From contig CM039009.1 in the NCBI GenBank assembly GCA_017499595.2, positions 682,001 through 746,000 on the forward strand: a stretch of DNA of 64,000 nucleotides. Direction: 5' to 3'. The position numbers and the translations under genes were made by a program. Below, piece after piece: positions 22,487-34,847 of the stretch (the first letter of the stretch is position 1; every line of letters starts with the position of its first letter). Origin of the DNA: Psilocybe cubensis (Eukaryota). A model generated the notes under the pieces. That model saw only the letters and a list, made by a program, of their open reading frames with translations. It did no database searches and was not told where the DNA came from.

Positions 22487-25019
22487 TTAAGCTGCCCTTC
22501 CAACACCCCTAACCTCGTCCTCGTCCTCCCCAATAGCATATTGAGCACCGCCATATCGTCCAACACCAATGGATGCATTTGCATGGTGTCCCAGCTGTCC
22601 ATGTTGAATGACGTGGGATTCCGCGGTATATTCGGATGGGGCATATTGAGATTCGGTGGTGTATGCAGTATTCCTGTTCACGTAGGCGTTATCGGCTGGG
22701 TGGATGGATGCGGGAGGGGAAGGCGTGGTGGCAGCTTCGTACAACACACGCATGTTCGAGGGAGTTGCGCTGGCACCTGATCCGGCAACAGGCATGGGGT
22801 AACTGATTGGCACACCCTTGATTGAAGGAGAACGAGCGCGCGCCATTGCGCTAGGAGATGCACGGCCAGAGGGAGATGACATGGCGACGGATTTCTTGCG
22901 CTCCGCATACGCGCGAAGCATTTCATCGGGGCTCATCACACTCGCGGGAACAGGTTGCATGGGCATGGTGTGCATAACCGGGCTTGACAGGGCCTGAGCT
23001 TGCATTTGCGGTGACATGGAGACATAGGAAGGGGAGGCCGAGACAGATTTAGGATAGGCTGGAGGTGGGGGCGAAACAGGAGCAGGGGAAGAGAACAAGA
23101 GGGTGTCGGGTGCGGATGGGTCATTGCCGGTGCGCATCATGCTGAGTGCTGGCATCAGCTCGTCGAGATTGGACTTTTCCTCATGCTGTTGAGCAGCATT
23201 GCTGGCAGCTCTCGCCCGTCCAGCTGCAATTCGCGATCGGATGTCTTCTGGCGTCAGCGTCAACGCACCCTGGGTCTGCCTTGGTGAAAAAGAACCGTCT
23301 CCTTCCTCTTCATCCTTCTTCTCGCTGTCGGGCAGAGCTGGGACGGGCGGAATGTAAGCGCTGTGGAACGCCCTCGTCTTGCGTGTGCTCTCGCCTGATG
23401 GACGGCCAACGCTGGGAGCAGTTGAGTCGGCGAAGGAAACGCGGGAAACGCGGGTGTCGGGTGCGAAAGATACACGAGAAACGCGGTCGACGGATGTAGT
23501 AGAGGTGAGCCCAGCGGGGTTCCTAAGACCAACACCAGTACCTGTGCGCACCTGTGACATACTGGAGACTTTGGCTTGGTGACCGAGTCCAATGCCTGGG
23601 ACGTTCGGGGGGTGTGCCTCGTCGCCTTCTGTGGCGAATGTCGAAGAAGGGCGGATGGCGAAGGAGAAGCTGGAATTGCGGTTGCCCACGGCCATCGAAT
23701 TGCGAATCGCCGCATTCGCACCGGCACCACTGACACTCTTCCAGTCGGTGGAAATGGTCGACATGCGCTTGTCGACTTTCTCGGTCCACTGCTTGCGCTT
23801 TTCGCGGTTGCGGGCGCGCTTCATCTTGATATATGCGGCAACGCAAAGCGCGATGAAGAGGAGGGGGAGAATGACGGCGGCAGCCTTGCCACCCGGGCTA
23901 ACGCCGGATTTCGCGAGGTGGTCATTGACCTGGGTGATGCCTGAATCGACCTGGGTCGTGTCTGCAACAGCTGGGACAGGGCCATCGGTGGGTGCGTCAT
24001 ACTTGGCGGTAAAAATTGGCCCGCCGGGAAGGGTGCTCATGAAGGGTGGTTGGCCAGCAGGGACGACAGTGAGCTGGAGGCTCTGTTCTGCGGTGGCGTT
24101 CCACCAGCGCGGCATGAGCTCAGCAGTGTAGGTGCCGCGGGAGAGGGCGACGCGCTGCCAGACATGTATGCGCGGGAGGTCAGAGCCGGGAGAGTAGAGG
24201 TAGATGTCGATTTCGGACGTGGAGGGCAGGCAGGTCGGGTCCCAGGTGATCGGGAGCGGCTGCAGGGCGTCGATCGTGTCGCCCATTTTCGGGGAGAGGT
24301 AGAATGTAAGATTGGGCTCATCAGGAACCAGCACCCCCTTAGGTAAGCAAAAGTTGGCTTACCTCCGAACCTTTTCAACCCTTCTGCACTCACACTATTC
24401 TACATTTTTGAACCACAGATATGTAGGTTATGCTTCTTTGAACACATCTGTGGTTTTTTTTTTCAAAAAAATTTTGATCTCAAGAAGTTATAAAGATTTT
24501 AATTTTTTTCCTTTTTTTTTAGTCTAACACGTCAGAAATGGTGTTTTCTCGAGTTTGGGAGATTTTCGAAAATTTGACAATGTTCTTTTGGCCGCTTATA
24601 TAATGGTACACGTGACCACACGTGACAATAAGTCACGCCTAAGTAATACCTCTCAGACTCATTATGGACTTCCAGAGACTACAATTTGACCTCTGAGGTG
24701 TAATTCTATTATTGTGGGCATAAAGGCTAGTAGTAAGGATTGTATATGCACATTTATGAATTTTTTTTTTTTAAACTTTTTGTCTGAAACCATTTTCCGT
24801 CAACATAACTTTTGATTTTTTTTTCGAGCTGGATTTTGGCCGCTCTTGGCGCCAAGCCCATTGATTACGTAAGGGTGCTGGTTTCTGATGAGCCCAATCT
24901 TACCTGGAAGCTGTTAGTCAAGGGAGCGGGAGATATCGGAAAAACGCACAATCATCGCGCTTTTGCAGCTGGGCGGTGCGGGGGTGCTTGTGCACGCCGT
25001 GTAGCTTCTGGAATGGCAT
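22487..25019 (-). CDS. Single-pass membrane protein with long Ser/Pro-rich cytoplasmic tail; interrupted by a TIR element
   Basis: Exon 1 MPFQKLHGVHKHPRTAQLQKRDD, intron GTGCGT...CTAAC...CAG. Removing 24309-24902 restores C-TFYLSPKMGD in frame. TM segment AAAVILPLLFIALCVAAYI followed by a basic cluster. Confidence 0.8.
24309..24900. mobile_element. Non-autonomous TIR DNA element (MITE), 592 bp, TA target-site duplication
   Basis: TIR AGATTGGGCTCATCAG[G/A]AACCAGCACCC (28 bp, 1 mismatch) at both ends; TA at 24307-8 and 24901-2. AT-rich non-coding interior inside a GC-rich gene; excision restores the ORF. Confidence 0.92.
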
Positions 25020-26752
25020 TTTGCTTGATGAAAAGGTGGTACAATATGGTTGTTATAGATATGTAGTCGTCGTGATAAAGAGCGAGGAGAAACGAATGTG
25101 GTCCGCTGGAAAGCGGCGACGAAGGTAGAGGGAGGGGAGGGGAGGGAGCAGAGTGTGACGAGCAGAGAGCGTAGGTCGTCGTCGTCGTCGGGAAGAAGGA
25201 AAGAGCAAGATGGCGACGACCCATGCAGGTTCGCACACTGAATCCGTGGGAAAGTTCGTTTTTTGCCATCAATCAAGTGTTCCTTGTATTCAACTCCGGC
25301 ACCCTCCGTTCATTTTTTCGACGCCGTTGAATGTTTCGTCGTCAAGGACGCGCGCCCCTGTGTTAAAATTATTTTACGAAGTAGAGACAAAAAAGCCGTT
25401 CACCTTTGTGTTCGCCCGCTTTTTCATGAAATCTGCTTGCGTTTACCCCTCAGTCGCCCCTAGACCCCGTTAAATCACCGCCAGTCGAGATCAATCACAT
25501 CTTGATAGATTGTCTCCGCCAACACTGATATGATGCTCTTGAGTCTGCATTCATTTAATTTATGGATCATCTCCAAAAGGCATAGGCGTCCCGCGACCAT
25601 TGTCTAGAGGTATTGGTGTTGTAAAGCGATATTTCAAAATAGCAATAGGTACTTACGACTCGAAGACAGGCTTGAGATCGCAGGTAACTCGAATAACAAT
25701 TAGTATGTACTGGGTTTTTCACTGGATATAAGCTAGGGGGTTACTGTCAACACGGCAAAAGGAACATAGTCGAGGGACGCATACATCCTGCATTCATGGA
25801 TCTGCAGTTTAGTTAATCTCGCAAAACACACGATTATCGATCAGCATTTTGACCATAAAGGAGAAAAGAGTGTACAATACTTATTATCCATTGCACTAAA
25901 GTGAATATATGCGCTAATTTTCTCCATAATTTCTAAATTTCTGCTCAATTTGAGGACCTGCAAACCAGACAATCGTATACAGGAGGAGCCTGTTTCCCAG
26001 AAATCAGAGCGGATACACGGGGACTGAAAGCACAGTTAAAAGTAGATGCTCACCATGTAGCGTCCGTCATGGGCTGGTATTAGTTGTCTGGATGAAACCT
26101 TTGACTCAAGGAAGAAAAAAAGACATGCCCATCCATGCCATGCGGAGCGTATGAATAAATCACACATTCCGCAAGGAACTTTGAGGCCAAATGTCAGGGA
26201 TGCTACGAATATATGCGCATATATTCACAAATACGCGACGAAGCCTGTAACTCAAATCTGGTCGGAAGTTCAGTAAAGGTCATAAAGACAGTGATCTGGG
26301 AACTAACCATGCTAGTTCATCTTGTAGACAGAAACATACAGATTTCTCTGGTTAATGTCTGCCATGATTCCCAAGCGCGATGTTCTGTGAGTAAGTTATT
26401 GAAAGCAAACGTTCCGAACCATTTTCATGTGGAACCGGTCAGTCGTTACATAGTAGGAAAAAGTATGCAACCTTTCCGAAAGCATCACCGTAAGTACAGG
26501 AAGCTATATGAGTATGAGTATTTTCTTTGTGTGGTATCTAGGAGAGAGGGTAGTGGGCGTACGGAGCAAAGAGCAAAGCGAGTCCACCAGTACGCGAGTG
26601 CACTTAACGCGACCCCGTGACAGGTACTTTTTGGCACGTGCCAATGAACTTAGAAAGCGCATGCCAAGCATCCGAGTCATTGGCTGCATCGGTGAGAGTT
26701 GTAAGACTCAAATCTTTAAGCAAGTAACTCGTTCTGAGGGTTTGGAACCACC

Positions 26753-28656
26753 ATGAAGGAATCCTTGCTACTTTCGTATTCACCCGAGCTTATCCAATCC
26801 ATCGGTGAAGAGGTAAGTAAACACCATGCCACGTCAAGGCAGTATTATCGTCAATACACTTGTACCACAGCTTGCTTTACCGGATGTAAAGCGCCTGCGA
26901 ATGGTCTGCAGGGTCCTCGCAGATGCCCTGGCCTACATCGTTTTGCACAAACTAACGTTCGAGATTTCCAGGAGGAACATGACACGCGGTGTGGAAATGG
27001 TCAAAACTTTGGCGACAGTAGAGCCAGAACATGTGGCGTGTTATGCTTCCCGGAAGATTTCGATTGGACTGCTTTCTCCAGCATACGATCGGTATAGTCC
27101 GAGTGGTAGATACATAGATGGGGTGTGGGTCATCGACCCACCACGGGAAGACCCACCTGAAGTCACAATGGCCGAAGAATTGCTAAAAAATAACTTGTTC
27201 GCAGCCATCGCCTCACTGAAAAACGTGCACACTGTCGAGTGGGTGATCATAATGCTCAATTGTTTGGCTCACCTTAAACATCATTGTAGATGGAAAACAG
27301 ACGAGAGAAATCAACCTTTTATACACGCCATTATAATTGACGCCCTCAAGACACTCCCAAACCTGTGTAATATCCAGATCGATTTTTCGAAAGCTGAAGT
27401 TCCTCTGGAATTTGACCTGCTGCTCGGTCGAGAAAAGATTTCTGTATTTACAGAGCGATCGACAGAGTTGCAACAAGAAGAAATATTTGACAAACTAGCA
27501 AAGGCGATCGCCCACAATCCAGTTCTTACTTCCCTTAACGTCCGTGGTATAATGCATTATCAGCGACCCATATTCGACAACACGCAAAGTCTCCATCAAT
27601 TGTTCAAATACCACGCATCTACTATGCCTCCCCTCCGCCTCCGTGAACTACGTCTGAGATCCATGTTTGTGCGTTTGGATCACGTCACTTTGCCTCACCT
27701 TACACATCTTACAACTCTTCACCTAGAAGAAATAGATGAACCCTCCGAAAATGCTTCACATTCTCTCTCTCGCCGTTTTGGACGCGGTGCCTCTGCTGGT
27801 TTATCAAAGGATAGGGAAAAATATGAATCGTCCGTGGAGAGTATCTGGGATGTGCTTCGCGTAGCCGGGGTCCGCCTTCAGAATATTACTGTCACCTCGA
27901 TATCCTCTTCTTTCCTCGACTATCTTTCGTCATACTCTGGCCTGATCAAGCTGAATCTAGAAACCTCTGGGCTTCAAGATGGGGAATCATCCGACGCGAT
28001 GGCTGCACGGTTTTACGATGGGCGACTTAACAGTCATGTTCGCTCGCTAGAGAGCTTGCAGATAACAGCCTCGTTCGAAGGACTATGGTGCTTTGGGGCA
28101 CACAACGTGAAAACAATCTCCTGCTTGACCAATCTCAGGAACCTGGGTATGACCATCAGGTACATGGACTTGGCAGTGGCGAACAACCCAAAGGAAGATG
28201 CTATTGTGAGTACAACCATCTTGTCTTGATGTTTAAATACATTATACGACCAAACTCAATATCTATTCAACCCAGAAACGTCTCATAGACATGACGCTCG
28301 AATGTATGCCGAATATTCAGAGTATCGAAGTTAAGTTCGCCAGTTTAGAAATGGACCGCAATGCGCTCTGTGGAACAGCGTCTATGCAACGCGCCCGGTG
28401 CGTCTACGAGAAGATGCTAGAATGTGTGGGCAACTACATCGCTCCATTTGCGTACAAACGCACATTATTGCCCACTCTGACGGTTGGATCAGACACTGTG
28501 TTCGTGACTGGGCACGAGTGCGTGAAACCTGATGGTATTAATTCGGATAAACAACTAGGAAATGATACAACCAGTCGGATGGGAGGGGTCCGGTTGAAGT
28601 ATGTTAGTATTCCAGAAGATGATGAACCCAGTTGGCTTCGCTTCATATACATATAA
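26753..28656 (+). CDS. F-box-like protein (family B, copy 2), 4 exons
   Basis: MKESLLLSYSPELIQSIGEE|LALPDVKRLRMVCRVLADA; strongly similar to 8004-9995 with the same intron positions. Confidence 0.85.
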
Positions 28657-28960
28657 ACCATGTTTCAAAGATTGTTCAATATGCCTCACTTTTTTTCCTA
28701 CAATCCATCTGTCCATTTGGATGACGCTGGCAACGGTCGTTGCAAGCACTTTGCCCAATTTCGTCAAAAAGTAATCGTTGGCACAAATAACCTTGGTATG
28801 AGCGAAAATCATTATAAAATAGACCACCATCGCTGCTATTTCGTTTCAACCTAGGCGAATAGCATTTAAGAGAGAGATAAGAGATACCCGACTCCGAGAC
28901 GTTCTGGGACTACAGAATTATTCGTCACAGACTTGGAGTACAGATTCAGTGTCATCCTGA

Positions 28961-30361
28961 TCACACCGAAAGCCCACAATCAAGACAGCTACAATAAACT
29001 TGATCCATAAGAGAATTGAGCTGATCAATGTCATTCCTGCCTGTGATAGAGCAAAGATGCGTCCTGATTTCACGGAGTCGAGAAGGGGGAGGGACCATAT
29101 TAGCGTCATAGGAGTACGTAGCTATTCCCCCTCTTGCGTGTGCGATGGATAGCAGACCCTTCATATCTGCAGCCGGGTCTATTCGAAGAACCATTAATGA
29201 AGGGCAAAGCCACATCCCTTTCCCGTCGTCATCAAACAGTGGATGCGCTAGAGCATACAAGAGGTCGTTTTGCTCGTTTTCTAGACTTGAGGGCGGATCC
29301 AGTGATTGAAGAGCGGCATTCCCATGGACATTATCGTCATCCACTAGGAAAAACTGGACAAGGTTTGGTAGTTTACCTAACCATCGAATGAGAAAAGGAA
29401 TATCTCCTAAGGCTAGGCAGTTGATGAGGTCGAGCGTATGCAGATGGGTAGGCGTAAATCCAGGTTGACTCCATTGCGAGAGAAAGGAGGCCATAGGTAC
29501 GATGGGTGGTGAAAATCTATCCCAGGTGTCACGGTCGTTATTCAGGGACAGTGTCTGAAGACATGGGGCGGAAACGGAAGAGAGGATGGTTGATGAGAAT
29601 AGCACGCCATTCAGTTCAAGTCTTTGAAGTTTCTGCAATCGAACGACGGGTGGCGAGTATCCAATTGGGTCGGTATGGTTGAGATCGTTCAGCGCGATTG
29701 ACGTGGCGTGTGGAACACGTTTGAGAAAATCTATTGTATCCCGAATATTCATTGTGCGATGCCGCAAGTCCCTATCCTCGTTCTCGGTGCTTTCATATGC
29801 ACCAGTGATAGTAAGATGTCGGACTTTGGGGCCCAGAAAACCACGAATCCATAAGTGAGGCAGGGATGTTGCAGTCAAAGAGTGTAGTTTAACATCGCGA
29901 TCGACGGAGCTGGGATCAACATCATCAAAGAAGGTATCTTGGGAGTTCTGATATTTCCGGCCAGGGAACAACGTAAGCTCTTCCAAATTCCTACACAAAT
30001 CTTTCCATCTAACCAACGAGATGAAATCGAAGTTAGCATCCAAAGCTACCCAATTCCTGGACAGCGCAACTAGGTCCTTCAATGGGCCCTCTAAGTTTTT
30101 GCTGTAGATCGGTGCTTTAGAGGAAACCATGATCGACAATGGCGACGCCTTCGCTTTTTCGAGCCTTCTCTGGAGTATTTTAGGTGACGTTTTTCTTCCT
30201 ATGAAAAGTATTCCCCATAAGCGAGGCGTGTCGTTGACAATCTCGCACCAATCTCTACAGACAAGGGCAACTGGGTAGATAAACCGGATCCCAGTGCTGT
30301 ATATGCCCATTTCAAATGCGGCAGCGAGAATTTCGGGTGGTATATCGAGTATCGTCCGCAT
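28961..30361 (-). CDS. F-box-like protein (family A, copy 2)
   Basis: MRTILDIPPEILAAAFEMGIY...LVCRDWCEIVNDTPRLW; colinear with 5990-7438; ends VYCSCLDC. Confidence 0.85.
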   Translation of the reverse strand: MRTILDIPPEILAAAFEMGIYSTGIRFIYPVALVCRDWCEIVNDTPRLWGILFIGRKTSPKILQRRLEKAKASPLSIMVSSKAPIYSKNLEGPLKDLVALSRNWVALDANFDFISLVRWKDLCRNLEELTLFPGRKYQNSQDTFFDDVDPSSVDRDVKLHSLTATSLPHLWIRGFLGPKVRHLTITGAYESTENEDRDLRHRTMNIRDTIDFLKRVPHATSIALNDLNHTDPIGYSPPVVRLQKLQRLELNGVLFSSTILSSVSAPCLQTLSLNNDRDTWDRFSPPIVPMASFLSQWSQPGFTPTHLHTLDLINCLALGDIPFLIRWLGKLPNLVQFFLVDDDNVHGNAALQSLDPPSSLENEQNDLLYALAHPLFDDDGKGMWLCPSLMVLRIDPAADMKGLLSIAHARGGIATYSYDANMVPPPSRLREIRTHLCSITGRNDIDQLNSLMDQVYCSCLDCGLSV

Positions 30362-30896
30362 TGTACGCGTATCGACAATAGAATAAAACACGCGTTTTGG
30401 AAAGGGGGCGATGCAGAAGAGAATAGCGTTTGTTCGAATATACAACAGATTGACTGAGTTATAAACAGGCTTTCACGACAGCGCTCATGCCTAGAATACA
30501 TGGTTAAATTGTAGGACACAGGTGGTGGATAATGGGACTATGCAATCGGAACCGAGAAGGATTTGAAAACTGTGAAGTGGTTGTTAATGACAACTCGTGG
30601 TGACGATGTATAGCAAGAGTGCTGAACCTGTCAACCTGACTCGGTTTCCGGCCGATGGCTGTGGGGTCAAGAGTGGGTGCATGAGTCCAACGCTGAATTG
30701 TCATAGGTTTCCGGACCCGAACAGACCAAAGAGCGACAAAGGACGTTCACGATAAAGGTATGTAGATAACTCGCACCCTGCAATGAAAAGTATGTCCATT
30801 CTGTAACCCAGAGCTAGCACAAAAATGATCGTGGCCAACAGATGGATGCGGTTCCCCGCAAGTACGGAAGGGTGCCTAGCAAGATAGATCTTGCAA

Positions 30897-30983
30897 CCAG
30901 GCTTCAATCTAACATCGCTCCGTTACTCTCAAAGCCGTATGAAGAGCGACCTGAGAATGCAGCACGATTGCTGCTTCGATGTT
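30897..30983 (-). repeat. Dispersed 87-bp conserved element, copy 2 (weaker homology about 30760-31115)
   Basis: Reverse complement of 7729-7815. Confidence 0.85.
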
Positions 30984-32012
30984 GTAGGAAAACCAGAAAA
31001 ATGATCGAAAAAAGTTTTAAAGCGACGCGGCGGTTTATTTTCCCACGATACAAACAAATATTGTGCACGTGGTTCTGTCGCGTCCGCGTCGCGTCGTGTT
31101 GCGCGTGAAGTAAAGGGGGCAGAGTAATGTGGAAAAGTCTTCACTTTACAGCTATTTTCATATCGATAGGCCCAACCTTAAAATATATTCATACAGTCGG
31201 TCTTGAATTTTTGCGTAATCTAGTTACATAAGGAATGCTCCGATGTTGAGTTTATATCAAACTATGGTACGATCTGGCAGCAAAGCATCGACATACCTTT
31301 CAAGTTTGAGAAGGGAATGGCTTTAGGGTTGCTGCTAATGTGGTGGTATTAATCTTAGTTCTCATAGCTCGACTTTTTGTAAATACTCATTGACGATTTT
31401 GCGAGTTTCCTTGATTTTGCCGTCTTCAGATTTTATGTTCCGCTCAATAAAATTCGTTGTTCGTGTATGTGTAAATTTAGGGAATAGGTCTATCGATATG
31501 AAAATAGCTATAAAGCACACATTGATTACTTACATGCATACCTTTAGCTCACAGATGAGCCTCAGTAACTTGTGAGGATCCTGCATTATCAATAATGTCC
31601 GGACAGTGTGGATTTCATCAATCCATTGACTCGGCCTATGCAAGATGACAGAAGATGAACACGCAGCTTATTAGATTGAAATATATACTCATCCACGTAA
31701 TTTTAATTCTTACGCACTTCGTGAAAGTGGACGATTCACTTGTCGTTCACTTATGAGATTCAATCACACCATATTAACGACGAAACGGAGCCATGCCGCA
31801 CGACGACCGCTCCCATTTCATGTCTCTGTTTATTTCTACATACGCAGCCCTACTACTATCTCACACATTCCATCACCAACAATCACCCTCTCGCCATATT
31901 ACCACTTGATACAATTCACACCTATCTGATCAAAACCTAATTGTCACTGAAGAACCGCAAATGTCCTCCTTCCCCTTTTCAATCAACTGCGCCAGCTCTG
32001 GTGAAAGCGCTT

Positions 32013-32315
32013 TCAGAGGTGTCCCAGGAATCCGCGGGATCGCGATCGAGACCTGGAGTGCCTGTGCCTCCCGCTGCGGGAGGATACAATCACAGTCGGT
32101 GCATGTCCGTAGTATGGCACGGAGTTGTATCCGTATGCGGGGGCTTGCATCACCACTGGGGACGCAGGGTAGGCAACATGGCCGTGCATGGCAGGATAGT
32201 AATGTTGTCCCGGAAGAACGGCGCTCATCGGAGCTTGTGGGTAATATGTCCTCGACACGGGGTAGTGAGGGGTGACAAAAGAGGTAACACTGCCAGCGGA
32301 GCTTGGGTAGAACAT
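32013..32315 (-). CDS. Small Pro/Tyr/His-rich protein with RS-rich tail
   Basis: 100-aa ATG ORF with biased but protein-like composition; upstream TATAAAG near 32527-32533 and a CT-rich leader. Confidence 0.6.
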   Translation of the reverse strand: MFYPSSAGSVTSFVTPHYPVSRTYYPQAPMSAVLPGQHYYPAMHGHVAYPASPVVMQAPAYGYNSVPYYGHAPTVIVSSRSGRHRHSRSRSRSRGFLGHL

Positions 32316-32969
32316 GTTTATGGATGGGCTTTGGTAAAGGTCGTTAACGAGTAGAAAATGAAAGCTTTGGTGGTGGTGATTGTTTGACCGTCTGAGCGAA
32401 GGTGGTCGTCAAAAAGTGGTAGTGGGTCGTAAGAAAGGTCGTAAAAATGAGACACAAAATTGGGTAGTGGTTCGAACAGGCCTGCCTGGGTTAGAGAACT
32501 GGGAATCAACCGAGAGAAAGCGCTCACTTTATACTGCTGGATTGTTCAGGGGTTTATGGCTGTGCTCAGATGAAACGTCCAGACATGCCATCACTACTTG
32601 CTAATTTGGGAAGGTGTAGTCGCGTCTACTCTCTGGCGATGCGTCGTGGGCAGTGCGTGTTGCCGCAGCGACGGATGGATCATCATAATAGATAGGCTAT
32701 GTATAGGATACGGACGATCACTATCCTTATAGTAGACTACATTTTAAAACATAAACAAGTTCGCAATAGTCGCAAATTGAAGAAGTACTAAAAACAAAAA
32801 TCAACACCAGAATGCGTGAGGTACACGAAAACTGTAACCAGCCAACTACAGCACTCTTGTACTCAAAGTCCCGTCTAAGGGGTATACAATCAGTGGAGCA
32901 AATTTCTTACAGAGTTGGTTGCCTTTAAACCAGGGTATAATTGATCCATAAATACGCACAACCTCGAAG

Positions 32970-34847
32970 TTAGTCAAGCTCCAAAGAAAGCGACCACGGG
33001 CCGACAACCAAAGTCTTCCAAGCTACGGGGTCGGAAATCTCGCTTCTCTGTCGGAGACAAAGAGATTTCTTGAGATAATTAGCGGCATCGACGGCGAGGT
33101 CCATCTGGCGACTCTTATATTCGTCTGGAGGCATGTGTCGTGGGATGAAGGGAAGAGGGATTGTGACCTGCTCGACGCAAGGGAAGACTGAAGTCACCCA
33201 CTGCGCAAGCGTGAACGCCTTGGAATCGTTGACAGGGGGATATGTCGGAAACAGCTCTAACTTCGTGATAATATCCCAGTGAAGGGGCGGTCGAGCGCCG
33301 AGACCGCGTGCGTTCGTCATGGTTGAGTCCGTTGACTGGAGGTTGATGACAATGCGGTCCGCCTCCATCTGCTGTGAACGAGTCCGGTTGAGGACAAGGT
33401 CGAGTGTGACTGCTATCTTGGGCAGCTGGTAATTGTGCGAGGATTTCTTACATCGCCAGTAGATGGGCTCGAGGATAGTATCAAGGTGGGGCCGGTAAAC
33501 TTCATATATAAATTCGGGTGCATTCGGTAAGCGACATTGGATGACCACTGCTGAAAGAGAGGGAAGAGGTGTAGTCTGTCTTTGATTCAAGAAATAGCTG
33601 ATCCAGTCCAGGGGTGCCTTTAAGGTGCGCAACTCGGAGAAGTGCACATCATTGGGAAGGATGTCCAATTGATCCCCTATAAATGGCAAGGATCTGTCAA
33701 GTTCCAAGTATTCGAGATCTTGAAAGTGGAGCAGAAGTTCCAATAGTGCCTTGGGAGGGAGTTTTTGACACTGCTGCAAGCTAAAATGTGTTACGATATT
33801 CTTTCTGCCTCGATATACAGATGACAGGGTTGATAAGAAAGCACCAAACAAGGTCTCGTCGAAGGATATGTACGACAACGTGATTGACGTTAAGGTACCC
33901 ATAGAGGAGTAGATACCGTCACAGATACTGGGGAAACAGCGTGGGAGCAAGGCGAAAGGAGTTTGGATGTGGATTTCGCGGAGGCTACAATGTCGTCCGA
34001 TCATGTAGGGAGGGTGTGTCGTGTAGGGTGACGGTTCACTCACTAATCTCGACGAATAACCGGATGGTTGTCGATAGCCAAACAGTTTCCCCCTTGCTTT
34101 AGCAAAGATGTTGGGTGTGCTTGTTGCCTTCTTAAGTGTGCGGTCAGGCGTAGGATATTGAATCGGGGGACTCGACGAGTCTTCTATTAGATTCCAGCAC
34201 TGGTCTTTGAGCCGAAAGCTTTTGTTGTACACCTGTACAGATTTGCAACCTAGGGATACCACTATTCTGATGACCTTGTTAAAAACCTCGGCAAACAGAA
34301 CAGGAATGGCGGCAAACATGTTCGAACTCAAATGTCGAGTCTGATAATCCCCGTCGAAATGAAGAGTCAAAGAGCCAATATCCGACAGACGTTCCACGAA
34401 AGCACACAGACGTTCGAGATGCCGTAGTATATTGGCCGAGTCTGTAAAAGATTGCGGAAAGGTGCATGTTACGTCGCGTATTGAGGAGACGTGGAATGCG
34501 ACCATAATCAATGCCTCCGGTTTCAGTGACATCCATCCCGATTTCCCGGAGAATTCATTGGCTTGGGGGAGGTGAGGCGTTGCTAGAGGAGGAAGAGTGT
34601 CATCGCTCAAGTTCAGAGAGACCGAATCGTACAAAGTAGACGGCCTGATGCCCCTGCGCTCCAGAAGAAGAGATATGGCAATAAAATTGAGCCTCTTCGA
34701 AACAAGACCGACCATATACAGTTCCCGATGGGATATGCGATCGTCGTGAAGGATTTGTAGTACCAGCTCGGTGGGGAGGTCTGAGAGGGTAGCCAGTCGG
34801 GTTTCTTGACCTTCCTCAGCATCTTCATCATGATCGATTGGCTGCAT
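32970..34847 (-). CDS. F-box-like protein with LRR-like region
   Basis: 625-aa ORF; LSDLPTELVLQIL...VSKRLNFIA F-box-like motif; LEYLEL/LRTLK-type repeats. Confidence 0.75.
   Translation of the reverse strand: MQPIDHDEDAEEGQETRLATLSDLPTELVLQILHDDRISHRELYMVGLVSKRLNFIAISLLLERRGIRPSTLYDSVSLNLSDDTLPPLATPHLPQANEFSGKSGWMSLKPEALIMVAFHVSSIRDVTCTFPQSFTDSANILRHLERLCAFVERLSDIGSLTLHFDGDYQTRHLSSNMFAAIPVLFAEVFNKVIRIVVSLGCKSVQVYNKSFRLKDQCWNLIEDSSSPPIQYPTPDRTLKKATSTPNIFAKARGKLFGYRQPSGYSSRLVSEPSPYTTHPPYMIGRHCSLREIHIQTPFALLPRCFPSICDGIYSSMGTLTSITLSYISFDETLFGAFLSTLSSVYRGRKNIVTHFSLQQCQKLPPKALLELLLHFQDLEYLELDRSLPFIGDQLDILPNDVHFSELRTLKAPLDWISYFLNQRQTTPLPSLSAVVIQCRLPNAPEFIYEVYRPHLDTILEPIYWRCKKSSHNYQLPKIAVTLDLVLNRTRSQQMEADRIVINLQSTDSTMTNARGLGARPPLHWDIITKLELFPTYPPVNDSKAFTLAQWVTSVFPCVEQVTIPLPFIPRHMPPDEYKSRQMDLAVDAANYLKKSLCLRQRSEISDPVAWKTLVVGPWSLSLELD

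Noticed and set aside
24886-24893. CTGATGAG hammerhead-like core in the MITE TIR
   Set aside because: No correctly placed stem II-GAAA or cleavage triplet; it is just TIR sequence.
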